Below, piece by piece: positions 18,977 to 30,014 of a stretch of DNA of 64,000 nt (positions within the stretch are counted from its first letter, which is position 1; the number at the start of each line of letters is the position of its first letter). This DNA is from Ostreococcus lucimarinus. Its lineage: Eukaryota. The notes below the pieces were generated by a model that was not told where the DNA came from, ran no database searches, and saw only the letters and a program-made list of their open reading frames with translations. The stretch is from the NCBI GenBank assembly GCA_000092065.1, contig CP000584.1; one strand, given 5' to 3'. The translations under genes were made by a program, and so were the position numbers.

Positions 18977-20011
18977 ATGGCGGAAGACGCGCGCGGTGAC
19001 GATGCGTTCGACGACGCGGACGCGGCGCTGCGGACGCGGGCGATGTACGTCAAGGTGAAATTCGCGGACGCGCGCGGCGACGGCGACGGCGGCGAGGGAC
19101 GGCGACGAGGCGACGGCGACGGAGGCGCGGTGATCGCGCGGTTTCGCGACGCGGGCTCGAGGCATGGGAAGACGGGCGATGGAAAGAGCGCGCGAAGCGC
19201 GTCGTCGATTCGCGTCAACGGTGCGGCGGTGGCGAGTGGAGAGGCGGAGATTACGTTTCGACGCGAACGCGAAGGGGCGTGGATGAGCATGGATGAGGTG
19301 CGCTTCGTCGGGGACTTTGATTTTGAGCTCGCGCTCGATCGAGAGATGTGGGCGATGGGGACGGGTCGAAAGAATGAAGACGGCACGTGGTCGATGGTGA
19401 TGACGCCCGGGGCGTCGCTGACGCGAACGGTGTCGAGAGAGGCGGAGCGGGTGTTTTACGCGGCGGCGGGCGCGCTCCCGAAGTCGCCGAAAACCGCGGA
19501 GTGCCGGGTGGAGTTCGGCATCGTCGGGATGTCTCAAGATGAACGCGTGTGTTTGGTGAATCAGATCGATCTACCGTTGGAGAAAGTTTTAGGGCGCGCG
19601 CAAAAGCGTATCGCACCGGTAATGGTGGGCGAGACTAGCGCGATGTTGCCCGCGATCGACGAGCACACTGGAATATCGACAGCTTCTGTGAGCGTCGACG
19701 CCGTCAACGCCGCCGCGAGGCAGCACCACAAGACGCACTGGTCCTCGTTTCTCGATCGAGGCGATATGGATAATCTTGCCATACTGAGTAAGATGCGACA
19801 GCGATACGAGTCCATGATGGACTATCAGGACGATTATCCCGCCGATCCCGTCAAGCTGAGCTGGTTTGACGCTTCGCTTCGTTTGGGCATCGGCGTCGGT
19901 TTGGGCGTAATCTTAGGCGCTGGATTGGGCGTTGGGGTCGTAGTTAATGGATTCCGCACGATCAGCACCAAAAGGCTTAGATCTAATCCGAAAGCCGACG
20001 CAGAAGTCTGA
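18977..20011 (+). CDS. Hypothetical protein with C-terminal glycine-zipper transmembrane anchor
   Basis: Part of ORF 18389..20011; the first ATG is at 18977. The C-terminus is LRLGIGVGLGVILGAGLGVGVVVNGF (GxxxG repeats). No family was recognised. Confidence 0.45.
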   Translation: MAEDARGDDAFDDADAALRTRAMYVKVKFADARGDGDGGEGRRRGDGDGGAVIARFRDAGSRHGKTGDGKSARSASSIRVNGAAVASGEAEITFRREREGAWMSMDEVRFVGDFDFELALDREMWAMGTGRKNEDGTWSMVMTPGASLTRTVSREAERVFYAAAGALPKSPKTAECRVEFGIVGMSQDERVCLVNQIDLPLEKVLGRAQKRIAPVMVGETSAMLPAIDEHTGISTASVSVDAVNAAARQHHKTHWSSFLDRGDMDNLAILSKMRQRYESMMDYQDDYPADPVKLSWFDASLRLGIGVGLGVILGAGLGVGVVVNGFRTISTKRLRSNPKADAEV

Positions 20012-20132
20012 AAAGACGACACCATGTATGCAGCAGCTGTAATCATCACGCATTTAGACGTCTCGCAAAAAGACAACTCGCGCGCGCACGTCAAGACAAC
20101 GGGATATTTTCGATTTAAAGGCTAATTAAATT

Positions 20133-20183
20133 TCAGGGCGGTTGCGCTAGGGTATCGTTCAGGGCGGTTGCGCTAGGGTATCG
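20133..20183. repeat. Tandem direct duplication of about 24 bp (agggcggttgcgctagggtatcg x2) in the convergent 3' intergenic region
   Basis: The two copies are tcagggcggttgcgctagggtatcg ttc agggcggttgcgctagggtatcg. They lie between the stop of the 18977-20011 gene and the stop of CNOT9 (20204). Confidence 0.85.
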
Positions 20184-20203
20184 GTGCTCGTCTAGTCAAT
20201 CAA

Positions 20204-21022
20204 TCAGGTTGTGTACCCCAACTGGTGCAATAACTGAACCAACCACTTTTGAGTGGCGACGTCGTCCTTCAGGTACGCCGTGAACGCTGGATCCCTCAAC
20301 TGATCCGGAAAGCACTGTCTCAAGCAATCTCTCGCCCGCGGGTTATCGCTTAATCTCAAGTAGCATCGAATGATGTGCTTCAGCAAACGCACGCTCGGCT
20401 GCTCCGCGAGCTGCGTGACCATCCCCCCCAAAACCGTCCCCACCGCGTAGCAGCGCTCCGCCGTGGCGCAAATGTACGACAATCCCACCTCATCGCTCAA
20501 AATCTTTTGCACAATGAACGTCGCCACCGTCTTACTCAACTCACTCCCCAACTCCATCGTTCGCAGGCACAGCGGAATGATTTCTGTGCTCAACAAAAAG
20601 TTGATCACCTCGGTGTCGTCCATCTTCACCAGCGCCCCGATCACCCCCAGCGACGTCAACCGCAGGTACTCGAACGGCCGCGTCTTACTCACCGTGTTCA
20701 AGAACGGGTACAAGAACAACGGAATGTGCGCCGCGAGGAACAATCCTCGCGTATCGGGATGACTCGCCACGCACTGCAGCAGCGCCAGCGCGTTGCACAC
20801 GCGATTGCTCGCGTGATTCGTCAGGCTCGGCGGGTTGAGCAGCGGGTAGATCGCCACGATCTCTTGCAACAGCGCCGGCACGACGCCGAACGAGAACCAA
20901 AGCGTCGGCGCGAGATCCGCAAACATGTCGCGCTTTTTACTCAGGTCCAAGAGCGCGTTCTCGCGCGTTTCCGGGTCTTGCAGCGCGGCGACCAGGGCTT
21001 CCATTTGCGCCGTCGCCGCCAT
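20204..21022 (-). CDS. CNOT9: CCR4-NOT complex subunit 9 / cell differentiation protein RCD1
   Basis: Full-length armadillo-type protein: ...[58 protein letters not shown]...[27 protein letters not shown]..., which is collinear with RCD1/CAF40. Confidence 0.9.
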   Translation of the reverse strand: MAATAQMEALVAALQDPETRENALLDLSKKRDMFADLAPTLWFSFGVVPALLQEIVAIYPLLNPPSLTNHASNRVCNALALLQCVASHPDTRGLFLAAHIPLFLYPFLNTVSKTRPFEYLRLTSLGVIGALVKMDDTEVINFLLSTEIIPLCLRTMELGSELSKTVATFIVQKILSDEVGLSYICATAERCYAVGTVLGGMVTQLAEQPSVRLLKHIIRCYLRLSDNPRARDCLRQCFPDQLRDPAFTAYLKDDVATQKWLVQLLHQLGYTT

Positions 21023-21230
21023 CGTTCGCGCGTGTTCGTCGCGCGCGCGCGCACAGTGCGTCGCTCACGTCGCGGCCGAGCGCACGTCGATGCGCGTTTT
21101 ATCGATGCGTCGACGCGTCGTTCGAGCGCGCGCGTCGTGGCGCGCGGTGCGCGGCGAGATCTGACGCGAATCGCGACTTTGCAGCGCTCGTGGATCGCAG
21201 CGGACGTCACGTGCCGACGCGTCGCGCGTC

Positions 21231-22301
21231 ATGCGGAGGCGCCGCGCGCCGTTCGAGGGCGTCGCGACGTGGATGGTGGTGCTGTGCGCGTCGTGCGTCG
21301 CGTCGCGCGCGAACGGCGCGCTCGGTGCGACGTGGTTGCGCGCGTACGTGGACGATTCTGGGCGAACATCGGGCCCGCGCGTGCGCCGCATCGAAACGGC
21401 CGCGATCGGCGGCGAAGGGTGGTCCGACGCGTGGGATCTCGAGTCAGGGAGCGCGGAGCACGTGCGACACGCGTACACTGGGGCGGAGATGAATCGGATG
21501 TTCGCGAGGGTGCCCGCGGCGGCGCCGGTGGTGTACACGACGCCGCAGCGGTCGTGGATCGACGTGGGCGTATCGAACGAGTTCGATCGTAAAGTGCTCG
21601 TCGAAGCGAGCGATGATGACGGTGAGAGTGATGGGGTGGATGAGAAGGAGAGGCACGACGGAGATGAGGCGTTGCGTGAGAAGAAGAACAAGTATTTTAT
21701 GTCCAGCGTAAGCGCGTCTTCGCTGCAGCACATGTTGAACAAGTACGGAGGGACGGTAGATAGCGCGTTTGAGACGATCAATCGACGGTTGGAGATTGAT
21801 CCGAATAATCCAGTGCTGTGGGCGGACCTGGGGAACACGCACAGGATCATGGCGGAGAATAAAGAGGCGGCGGAGTGCTTTGCCAAGGCGTTGCGAATCA
21901 TGAAACATCCCGAGCTGTATCAGTTGCTTGGCACATGCTTAGTAGTGACCGAGCGCACCGAAGAAGCGATCGGGATTTTCAAGCAAGGTATGGAGACGTT
22001 TCCGGGCGATCCAGCGTCGACGTTTAGTTTGGCTTTGGTGTATCTGCAGCTCGAGCAGTGGCACGACGCCATCGTCGTGCTCGAGGCGTTGACTCGCGTC
22101 AATCCAACCTTCGCCGGCGGATTGGCGAACGAACATTTACTCATCGCCAGAAGGCAACTGCAGCGCGAATCGTCCGGGCGTATAGATGCGGGAGTGTTCG
22201 TCATATTCGTGGTCACCCTTGTCGCCCTCGCGTGGTTGCAGATGTCGCGTCATTTCCAACGAGTGAAAAAGGCGCACTCGCGCAAGCAAAAGCGGCGATG
22301 A
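21231..22301 (+). CDS. TPR-repeat protein with C-terminal transmembrane tail anchor
   Basis: ATG at 21231. TPR-like helices are present (PVLWADLGNTHRIMAENKEAAECFAKALRI..., ALVYLQLEQWHDAIVVLEALTRVNP). The C-terminal hydrophobic segment is GVFVIFVVTLVALAWL, followed by basic KKAHSRKQKRR. Confidence 0.55.
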   Translation: MRRRRAPFEGVATWMVVLCASCVASRANGALGATWLRAYVDDSGRTSGPRVRRIETAAIGGEGWSDAWDLESGSAEHVRHAYTGAEMNRMFARVPAAAPVVYTTPQRSWIDVGVSNEFDRKVLVEASDDDGESDGVDEKERHDGDEALREKKNKYFMSSVSASSLQHMLNKYGGTVDSAFETINRRLEIDPNNPVLWADLGNTHRIMAENKEAAECFAKALRIMKHPELYQLLGTCLVVTERTEEAIGIFKQGMETFPGDPASTFSLALVYLQLEQWHDAIVVLEALTRVNPTFAGGLANEHLLIARRQLQRESSGRIDAGVFVIFVVTLVALAWLQMSRHFQRVKKAHSRKQKRR

Positions 22302-22355
22302 TGCGTTCAATCAGAGCGTTGTTACATTTTAGCTATAGTTCGTAATAGAAACCAT

Positions 22356-23813
22356 CTAGCGACCGAATAACGACATTGACGGATTCAAATATGCGTGGTA
22401 AGCGAAATCGGGGTCGAAGACGAATTGTGGAAACCACATCTCCGACGGATCGAGGAGTTTGTGCCAGAAGAGCACAATCCAAGGTCCGACCGAGCCGAGA
22501 ACGACGTTAAGCCAAATCGCGTACTTCATCGGCATCTGCTTCCTCCATCCGAGGGTGGAGATGAAAATGAGCAAAGCCACGGTGAGAGATCCCGTCGTCC
22601 CTTTCACGAGACGCAGATGAAAATCGCTGTCGTTGAAAGCTTGCGACGTGTGCCAAAATTGCTCGGGCCCGAGCAAAGTGTACAACGCCATGTAGCAGTT
22701 ATCAAACACGGCCGCGGCTGCATTCAAGCCGACGTAAGTTAACGTCGCAGCGTCGGGCGACATACGACCGAGACGCTTGCGCGACCCCGACGTCACCTTG
22801 GCCCACAACCCATCCGCGTCGGCGGGCTTGGGCGTCAAAGCCAACACAAATTCAGTGGACTCCCAAAGCTTGGCCAATGAAAAGTACCAATAGGGCATCA
22901 CGGCCCAAAACATCCACTCCGGCGCATCGGGTTGAGCGCTCCACGCGATCCAAACCACGCCTTGGAAAGACGCGACGAACGAGTACCCGAGCTGCATCGC
23001 GTACTTGCCCTCCTTGCTCGCCTTGAAAATATTCATCAGAGGCCCGTACGAAAGCGCGTTGGCCATGAACATCGCGCTCGACACCCACATCCACGTCCAT
23101 CCCGGACTTTCACGATAGATTCGCTCCAACCCAACGGCGTAGAGCGCCATCGCGAGCCCCCCCGCGCCGGTGACGACGTGAATCCAACTCGCGTTCGTTC
23201 TCGACTTGCGCGCGATGGGATTCCCGATCGGTCGCGGAATCACCGACGAGCGCCACAGCGCGTACACCGTCCCCACCGTGAGTAATCCCAAAAATCCATC
23301 CTCGATGATCCCGCCCACGCCCGGCGCGTGGTTCGCGATCAAGCCGCGCGCCGCGCCCGCGAGCGCGTCCCGCGCCGTCGCCGTCGCCGTCGCCGGTCCG
23401 CCGAGCGCCACCACCTCCGCCCCCACCGCGAGCGCGCTCACCGCCAGCACCACCGCCTCTTTATCGCTCTTCCTCGTCGTTTCGCGCGCGCTCGTCGCCG
23501 TCGTCGCCTCCGTCGTCGCCTCCCTCGTCGCCGCGTCGCCGTCCTCGCGCGTCGCCGTCGCCGCCCCCCCCGTCGCCGTCGCCTCCTCCCCCGTCGTCGC
23601 CGCGCGCGCGCCGCGCGTCGCGCCCGTCTCCCGCGCGCCTCTCGCGCGTCCCTCGGCCGCGACTCGCCCCGATCGCGCGCGCGTCGTCCCGCGCGCGTCC
23701 GTCTTGGATTTTATCCACATCGCGCGTCGTCCTCGCGTCGTCGCCGTCGCGCGCGCCGACGCGCCGTCCGCGCGCGACGACGCGCGCGCGACGACGATCG
23801 CGCGCGTCGCCAT
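22356..23813 (-). CDS. Polytopic membrane protein of unknown family, T/A/R-rich presequence
   Basis: Part of ORF 22356..24002; the first ATG is at 23813 (MATRAIVV...). There are at least 8 hydrophobic helices (LLTVGTVYALW, AGGLAMALYAVGL, WVSSAMFMANALSYG, FVASFQGVVWIAW, TYVGLNAAAAVF, LTVALLIFISTLGW, NVVLGSVGPWIVLFW). Confidence 0.5.
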   Translation of the reverse strand: MATRAIVVARASSRADGASARATATTRGRRAMWIKSKTDARGTTRARSGRVAAEGRARGARETGATRGARAATTGEEATATGGAATATREDGDAATREATTEATTATSARETTRKSDKEAVVLAVSALAVGAEVVALGGPATATATARDALAGAARGLIANHAPGVGGIIEDGFLGLLTVGTVYALWRSSVIPRPIGNPIARKSRTNASWIHVVTGAGGLAMALYAVGLERIYRESPGWTWMWVSSAMFMANALSYGPLMNIFKASKEGKYAMQLGYSFVASFQGVVWIAWSAQPDAPEWMFWAVMPYWYFSLAKLWESTEFVLALTPKPADADGLWAKVTSGSRKRLGRMSPDAATLTYVGLNAAAAVFDNCYMALYTLLGPEQFWHTSQAFNDSDFHLRLVKGTTGSLTVALLIFISTLGWRKQMPMKYAIWLNVVLGSVGPWIVLFWHKLLDPSEMWFPQFVFDPDFAYHAYLNPSMSLFGR

Positions 23814-24028
23814 CGCGTCGTCGTCGTCGGACGTCGCGGTGTCGTCGCGTCGCGCCGCGACGGACGACGCGACGTCGCGCGACGACGGCGATGGACGCGG
23901 ATCGAACCCACGCGCACACGGACCACGAGAAAGACCCGAAAAAGACGCGCGCCCTCGCGAGGCGATTGAAGATTGCAGATTGGCGACGCCGGGACGACGC
24001 ACACGCGGGCGCGGGGACGACGCGCGCG

Positions 24029-27000
24029 ATGTCGCCGCGAAACGCGGTCGCCGTCGCGCTGCTGAACGACCCGAACGAATGCGTCGTCGTCGACCTCGAC
24101 GCGCTGCCGACGGACGTCGAGGACGTCGCGAGCGTCCTCCAGGCGGAGCTCGCGCCGCTCGAGGCGTGGATCGAGGTGACGGAGGCGTACCTCAGGCGAG
24201 GCGACGCGCGAGGGTTCGAGACGCTGATGGAGATGGTGTGCGCGCCGGGTGCGTGGACGCGCGCGCCGCGACCGACGGGACGCGACGCGCGCGCGAACGA
24301 ACGAACGAACGAACGAAAGCGCGCGAACGTTTGCGCGATCGAGCGATGATGGATCGACGGGCTCAACGGCGTCGACCGAACGCGGTGACTGACGAGACCG
24401 CGCGCGCGGACGACGATAGAGATCGAGGAGGTGTATAGGGAACAAGCGTACGGACGCGCGGCGGTGCTGTGCCTGTACGCGTCGTATTGGGCGAATAGGG
24501 CGGCGCGGGAGACGGACGCGGTGAGCCGAGAGGAGGGGTTCATCAAGGCGGGCGCGTACTTGAATCAAGCGGCGGGAATTCACAGGAAACCGGAACAGAT
24601 CGTGGCGATCGGACGCGCGCACCTGGCGTTCGCGCGCGGGGCGACGGGAGAGGGCGAGAAACTCATCGACCAGGCGCTCGGGCTCAAGGACGACGGTAGG
24701 GATAACATCACGCCGATGCTGTGGAAGGCGGTTTTATTGTATAAGAAGGAGCGCTACCAAGACGCGTTGACGTGGTACAAACGCGCACTTCGCGCGTTTC
24801 CTTCCGCGCCCGCACCGGTGCGTTTGGGGATCGGGGCGTGCCAATACAAGCTGGGCGACTTCAAGACGGCGAAGCTTGCGTTTGCGCGCGTGCTCAAGTT
24901 GGATGAGCGCAACGTCGAAGCCATGCTCGGTTTGGCGCTGTGCGAATTGAGCTTGCATGACATTCGTAGTCAGCAACACTTGGATTCCGTAGCTGCGGCC
25001 ATGCGCCTGCTCGAGCGCGCTTTCATGCACGACCCTCACAACCAAGCGGTGAACAACGTCATCTCGGACAATTTGCTCATGGCGGATGATTACGAAAAAG
25101 TAGAGAAACTCACGCGACTGGCGCTTCAGAACAACGCGGAGACGCCGAGGAACCGAGCGAAGGCGGCGTTTAACCAAGCGCGCGCCTTGCACGCCCGAGG
25201 ACAGGTGCCTCAAGCGCAAGCGTTGTACTTGACGGCGACGAACCTCGACGAACACTACGTGCCGCCGTACTTTGGTTTGGGTCAAATCGCCCTTGCAAAG
25301 GGTGATGTGAAGTTAGCGTGGAACTACATGGATAAAGCACACGGGGAATTCGGAGAGTCCATGACCGTGACTAGAATGTTTGCCCATTTATGCGCGTCGA
25401 CTGGTAGAAGCGAGCAGGCGGCGGAGATGTTCCGCGAAGTAGTGAAACAGGGTGGAAACGACGTCGACGCGATGTTAGAACTCGGAGAACTCTTAGAGAC
25501 TCAAGATCCGAAGGCTGCGTTGAAGGCTTACAGTGCCGCCCTGAAAATGCTAGCTGCCAAGGGTGAAGAAGGGCCAATTACCGCCATCAAGAACAACATC
25601 GGCGTGTTGAACGTTCAGTTGGGCAAATTCGACGAGGCGCGCGAGGCGTTCACCGAGGCGCTGCAGGCGCTCGGTGGCGATGCCGATCAACTCGAGGGCA
25701 AACTGAAAGGTGCTAAGGCGAAGAAGGCGTTACAGCCAGGCGTTGCGCCCATCGCGTTCAACTTGGCTTTATTAGAGGAACAGCAAGGAAACAACGCCGC
25801 GGCGGAGGCACGATACGACGCCATCCTCGCCGCGCAACCGGATTACATTGATTCCATCTTGCGTCAAGCGAAAATTCGGGCCGAACGGGGCGATTACGAC
25901 ATGGCGCTCGAACGCACGAATGAAGCCATTGCGGCGAAAAGTGATAGTGCCGATGCCCTCGCCCTCGCTGGTTGGGTTTTGCTCAAGGCAAAGCGATGGA
26001 GTGAGGCGGAGCAACAATTCGCCGCGCTGCGCAACTTGCCCAAACCCGACGCCGCGGCGAATGCGAAGGAAAAAACATTGACGCACGACGAGTATGCGAT
26101 GGTAAGCGCGGCGAACGCGGCGTATTACAGCGCTATCAAAGAGGGTGTGCTCAAGCGAAACGATCCCAAGGTGCTCAAGCGCGAGGAGGAGCACTACGAA
26201 CGGGCTTACTCGTTGTTCCAAAAGACGCTCCAGAAGAATGGTTCCAACGTCTACGCCGCTAATGGTCTCGGGATTATTCTTGCTGAGCGAGGGCGAATCG
26301 ACGAAGCCAAGACGGTGTTTCAGATCGTGCAAGAAGGCATGGCTGCGAAAGGCTCAATCAACCCGGATATTCTCATCAACCAAGGTCACGTGTACTTGGC
26401 CAAGGCGCAATATGTGCAGGCGAGCAAGCTTTACGAGCGCGCTCAAAGCCAGTTCTACTTTAACCAGAACGAAAATGTCATGCTTTATCAAGCGAGGGCG
26501 CATTATGAGAATGGCAACTTGGAAGAAGCGCGCAAGATTCTTCGCAAAGCGTTGTTAATCGCGCCCTGGAACCACAGAATTCGATTCAACTTGGCGTACG
26601 TCATTCAAGAGATGGCGCAGCGCACGTTGAACAGAACGATGAAGAGCACGAGCTCGGACGGACGTTTGGCGCAAGTGGAAAGTGCGATAGAAGACTTGAC
26701 CACTGCGCTCAAGCTCTTCGAGCAATTGCAAACGCTTGGGAACCAGGCGGAGTTTGGTTTCGACGCCAAACGCACGAGCGTTCACGTGTCCTTCTGCAAG
26801 CAAGCGCTCACCAAGTCCAAACCGCACTTGGAAGCGGCGCAGAAGGAAGAGGCTTCGATCTCTGCAGCGAAAAACGCGCAACTCACCGCGCGCCGCGCGA
26901 TCGAAGAAGGCCGCGCCGCCCAAAAAGCTGCCGAAGAACTCGCCAAGGAGACGCACGCCAAGGAACTCGAAGCCATCGCTGCGCAGTCTGAGCGTCGCTT

Positions 27001-27379
27001 CAAAGAAAGCCAAGCGCGATGGATGTCAGAACAAGCTGTCGAGCGACCGACGAAGAAAGGTGCCAAGGGTCTCGGTGCGGCTCCTGTCGGTGAGGCCACG
27101 AGCGATCTTTCCGAAGACGATGACGAGCCCGCACCCGAGACGCGCGCGCCGCCCACTGCCGAGGAACTCGCGCGTCAGAAAGAAGCCCTCGCGGCGGCCG
27201 GTTTAGCCGACAGCGACGACGAAGACGAAGACGAAGACGAAGACGCGCAACCGAGCGCCGACGTCGAAGCACCGGCAGAAAAGAAGCGTTCCGCTGACGA
27301 AACTGACGAAGCCCAAGCTGAAGCCGCCGCTCCCAAGCGTCGCCGACGCGCCGTCGTCGACGACGACGACGACGAGTGA
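24029..27379 (+). CDS. CTR9: RNA polymerase II-associated factor CTR9 (Paf1 complex TPR protein); proposed join(24029..24237,24439..27379)
   Basis: Exon 1 is MSPRNAVAVALLNDPNECVVVDLDALPTDVEDVASVLQAELAPLEAWIEVTEAYLRRGDARGFETLMEM, with a GTGCGCGCC donor at 24238 and a tatag acceptor at 24438. Exon 2 contains PVRLGIGACQYKLGDFKTAKLAFARVLKLDERNVEAMLGLALCEL, matching the CTR9 TPR core, followed by a charged coiled C-terminus ending KRRRRAVVDDDDDE. Confidence 0.75.
24294..24315. repeat. (GAAC)5 microsatellite inside the proposed CTR9 intron
   Basis: gcgaacgaacgaacgaacgaaagc. Confidence 0.8.
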
Positions 27380-27623
27380 TCGCGTCTTCTCCGTTCGACA
27401 CGTTCACACCGCGCGCTCGCGCGCACCGCGCTCGCAACGCGCGCTTAGTATATCATCAATACATCGTATCACACCACCCAACCCGACCACTCGACGTCTG
27501 CGCCCTCTCAAAATTCAAATCCTTGGCGCGGCTGTTTGAATTCCAAATTCAAACCGGCGCCCGCACACGCACGCGCGCGCGGCGCGCGGGCGAGCGTTGA
27601 CGACGACGATCGCAACGACGACG

Positions 27624-29822
27624 ATGACGACCGTGGACGCATCGATGCCCGCCGCGATGCCGAGCGGCGCCGCGACGACCACGGAAACGATCGACGTTCC
27701 GGACGTTGGCGCGGTCGACGACGACGCGCGACGACGCGCGACGACGCGCGACGAGAGCGCGAGCGAGGACGAAGATGAGGAATATCTCGGACGGATCCGT
27801 CGACGCGCGCGCACGCGCGAGGATGAGAGCGAGAGCGAGGAGGACACGCGAGAGGGCGACGGGTCAGAGGACGGCGAAGGCGAGGCGCCGCGAGGGAAAG
27901 GCGAAGGACGACGACGACGATTGAAACGCGCGAATGGTGAACGCGTCGAACGAGACGTTGATGGAAGTGACTCGAGCGATTCGAGCGAGAGCGAATTGGA
28001 TGAGGAGATGATGATGGAACGTAAGTACGCCGAGACGGGGCGGTTGACGGATGAAGACGTCGAGGACGAGGCAGAGGAGACCGTTCGTGGAGCGTATGAC
28101 GAAGTGGGTGTGGGATATTCGTCCGATTCGTCGCTTGGATCACCCGTAGCGGGCGATGATGTGCCGGCGAGCGGTAGTCGGCCGAGGAAAATGACGAAGA
28201 AGCAGATGAAGAAGGAACGAGACGCGTTGGCCAAGGAACAGGAACGCATGATGAAACGAGCGCAAAGACGGGCGAAATTCCCGGGCTGGGACGCCGAAGT
28301 GGTGCGCGTGTCTTATTTACCGTTGATTGACAAGCTTCGCGCTGCGGTGGCGCACATCAAGCACGACGGACTAGTTATGGGAGAAGACTCGCCGGCAAAA
28401 GAGGCCGACAAAGCCACAAAGGCGGACACGCCCACCGTCGCCCCGCTTGCAGACTCCGAAGATGACGAAGCGGACGACGGTGAACCTAAAGCAAAGACAG
28501 CCGAAGTCGTAGAAATCGATCTCGATGACGACGAAGAAGAAGATGACGATGCATTACTCAAGGAAATCTTGGCAAAGAAAGCAGTCGCGGTGGCGCAAAA
28601 GCCATCCGAAACGGTGATGACTGAGGAACCAACGCTTGTCGAACAAGAGGACGGAGAGGACGCGGATGACGAGTCCGAAGAAGACAGCGAAGATGATTTA
28701 TCCGAGGAGGAAGATATGACGGAAGAAGAGCGTCGAATGCAGCGTAAGGCGGCGAAGAGATTCATCAAGGCGGATAGAAGATCGCACAGAGCCGCCGCCA
28801 CCACGGGCGACGTCTTTGAAGATGAAGCGGAGATGTCCGAAGATGGTGGGCACACCGACGACGATGATGATGATGATATTCAGGATGACGTTGACGATGT
28901 CGCCGACGCTATCGATTTCCGCGAAGAACAGCCCGAAGACGAGCGCCGTGCCGCGGCTCGTGCGCGCGCCTTCGCAAAGGAGCAGCAAGCCCAAGACGAC
29001 GACGAGCTCGAAAAGATGAAGCAGATGGTTGGTAACGGTTTCAAACGCAAAAAGAATGGTCTGTTCGACTCTGAAGACGCGTGGCAGCGTAAGAGACGCA
29101 ATGCTAACGGCGAAGAGGAATCTGATTCGGATGACGTCGACTATGGTCCCGTCATCGAGCGTCCCGAAGAGGCCGTCGAATTATCGGACGACGACGACGG
29201 TGAGTGGCGCGAACAAGCCAAGCGTCGTCGTGCCCTGCACGAATCCGGTACACAAGAGTCTCTTGAGCTACCAAATGCGTTCGAAGGTAACGTCAGTCAA
29301 GAAGTCTACGCCGCCATCAAGGCTCCTCGCATGAATTCGTTCCACAGCGAGTCGCAAGACACCACGCAAGCGGAAGGATGGGAAGCCCCGCTCCCTCGAG
29401 CGCAATCTATGCCCGCGGCTTTGGTCCGTACGTCGAGCCATCTCGGCAGCGGAAGTTCTGCAATGCTTGCCCGTCAATCATCGAAAACGTTCTTGGGTAA
29501 GAAACGACAAGTCACCAAGGCGACTGGCGCGCTGCTCGGCAACAGCCAGGCTTCACGCTCATACGTCTTCGGCCGAACGGATAGCCAAAGTCAATGGGGA
29601 GGCGACGATTCGGGTCCCGCGACCACGTTCAAGGAAATCGGTCGCGATGAAGATGCGCGCGCTTTCGGTTCGACGAACATGGGACCAACGAGACCGAACG
29701 CGTCCGAACCGAAGAAGAAGCCATCCTTATTCGCGATGGTGAGCCAGACCGCGGGCGAGAACAACGCCCGCCCTCGAGCGGAGGACGTTCAAAAAGCGAT
29801 GAAGGCAGCGTCGGGGAAATGA
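27624..29822 (+). CDS. Acidic D/E/S-rich protein, probably nuclear, unknown family
   Basis: The first ATG in ORF 27597..29822 is at 27624. There are long acidic tracts and basic patches (KKQMKKERDALAKEQERMMKRAQRR, KRKKNG, KRRR). No catalytic motif was recognised. Confidence 0.5.
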   Translation: MTTVDASMPAAMPSGAATTTETIDVPDVGAVDDDARRRATTRDESASEDEDEEYLGRIRRRARTREDESESEEDTREGDGSEDGEGEAPRGKGEGRRRRLKRANGERVERDVDGSDSSDSSESELDEEMMMERKYAETGRLTDEDVEDEAEETVRGAYDEVGVGYSSDSSLGSPVAGDDVPASGSRPRKMTKKQMKKERDALAKEQERMMKRAQRRAKFPGWDAEVVRVSYLPLIDKLRAAVAHIKHDGLVMGEDSPAKEADKATKADTPTVAPLADSEDDEADDGEPKAKTAEVVEIDLDDDEEEDDDALLKEILAKKAVAVAQKPSETVMTEEPTLVEQEDGEDADDESEEDSEDDLSEEEDMTEEERRMQRKAAKRFIKADRRSHRAAATTGDVFEDEAEMSEDGGHTDDDDDDDIQDDVDDVADAIDFREEQPEDERRAAARARAFAKEQQAQDDDELEKMKQMVGNGFKRKKNGLFDSEDAWQRKRRNANGEEESDSDDVDYGPVIERPEEAVELSDDDDGEWREQAKRRRALHESGTQESLELPNAFEGNVSQEVYAAIKAPRMNSFHSESQDTTQAEGWEAPLPRAQSMPAALVRTSSHLGSGSSAMLARQSSKTFLGKKRQVTKATGALLGNSQASRSYVFGRTDSQSQWGGDDSGPATTFKEIGRDEDARAFGSTNMGPTRPNASEPKKKPSLFAMVSQTAGENNARPRAEDVQKAMKAASGK

Positions 29823-30014
29823 TTTATGTAACGAAGATAAGCGCACGATGATTTGAATAAGGTGATTTTTACTGCAAACATTCACTCTAAACACACCTCA
29901 TCTCACTAATGCAAAGAGCGCGACGCGCTCTTCCGCTCCTATCGCCACGAGTTTCTCGACACACCTAACTGATTGAACACGTAACCGAGTCGTATTGATT
30001 GAATACCTTCCCGT

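Noticed and set aside
24238-24438. The CTR9 intron (and other GC-rich introns) as Micromonas introner elements
   Set aside because: They are CG-rich and contain microsatellites, but I could not find shared blocks between copies by eye; the similarity is compositional. This is left as a test in the findings, not a call.
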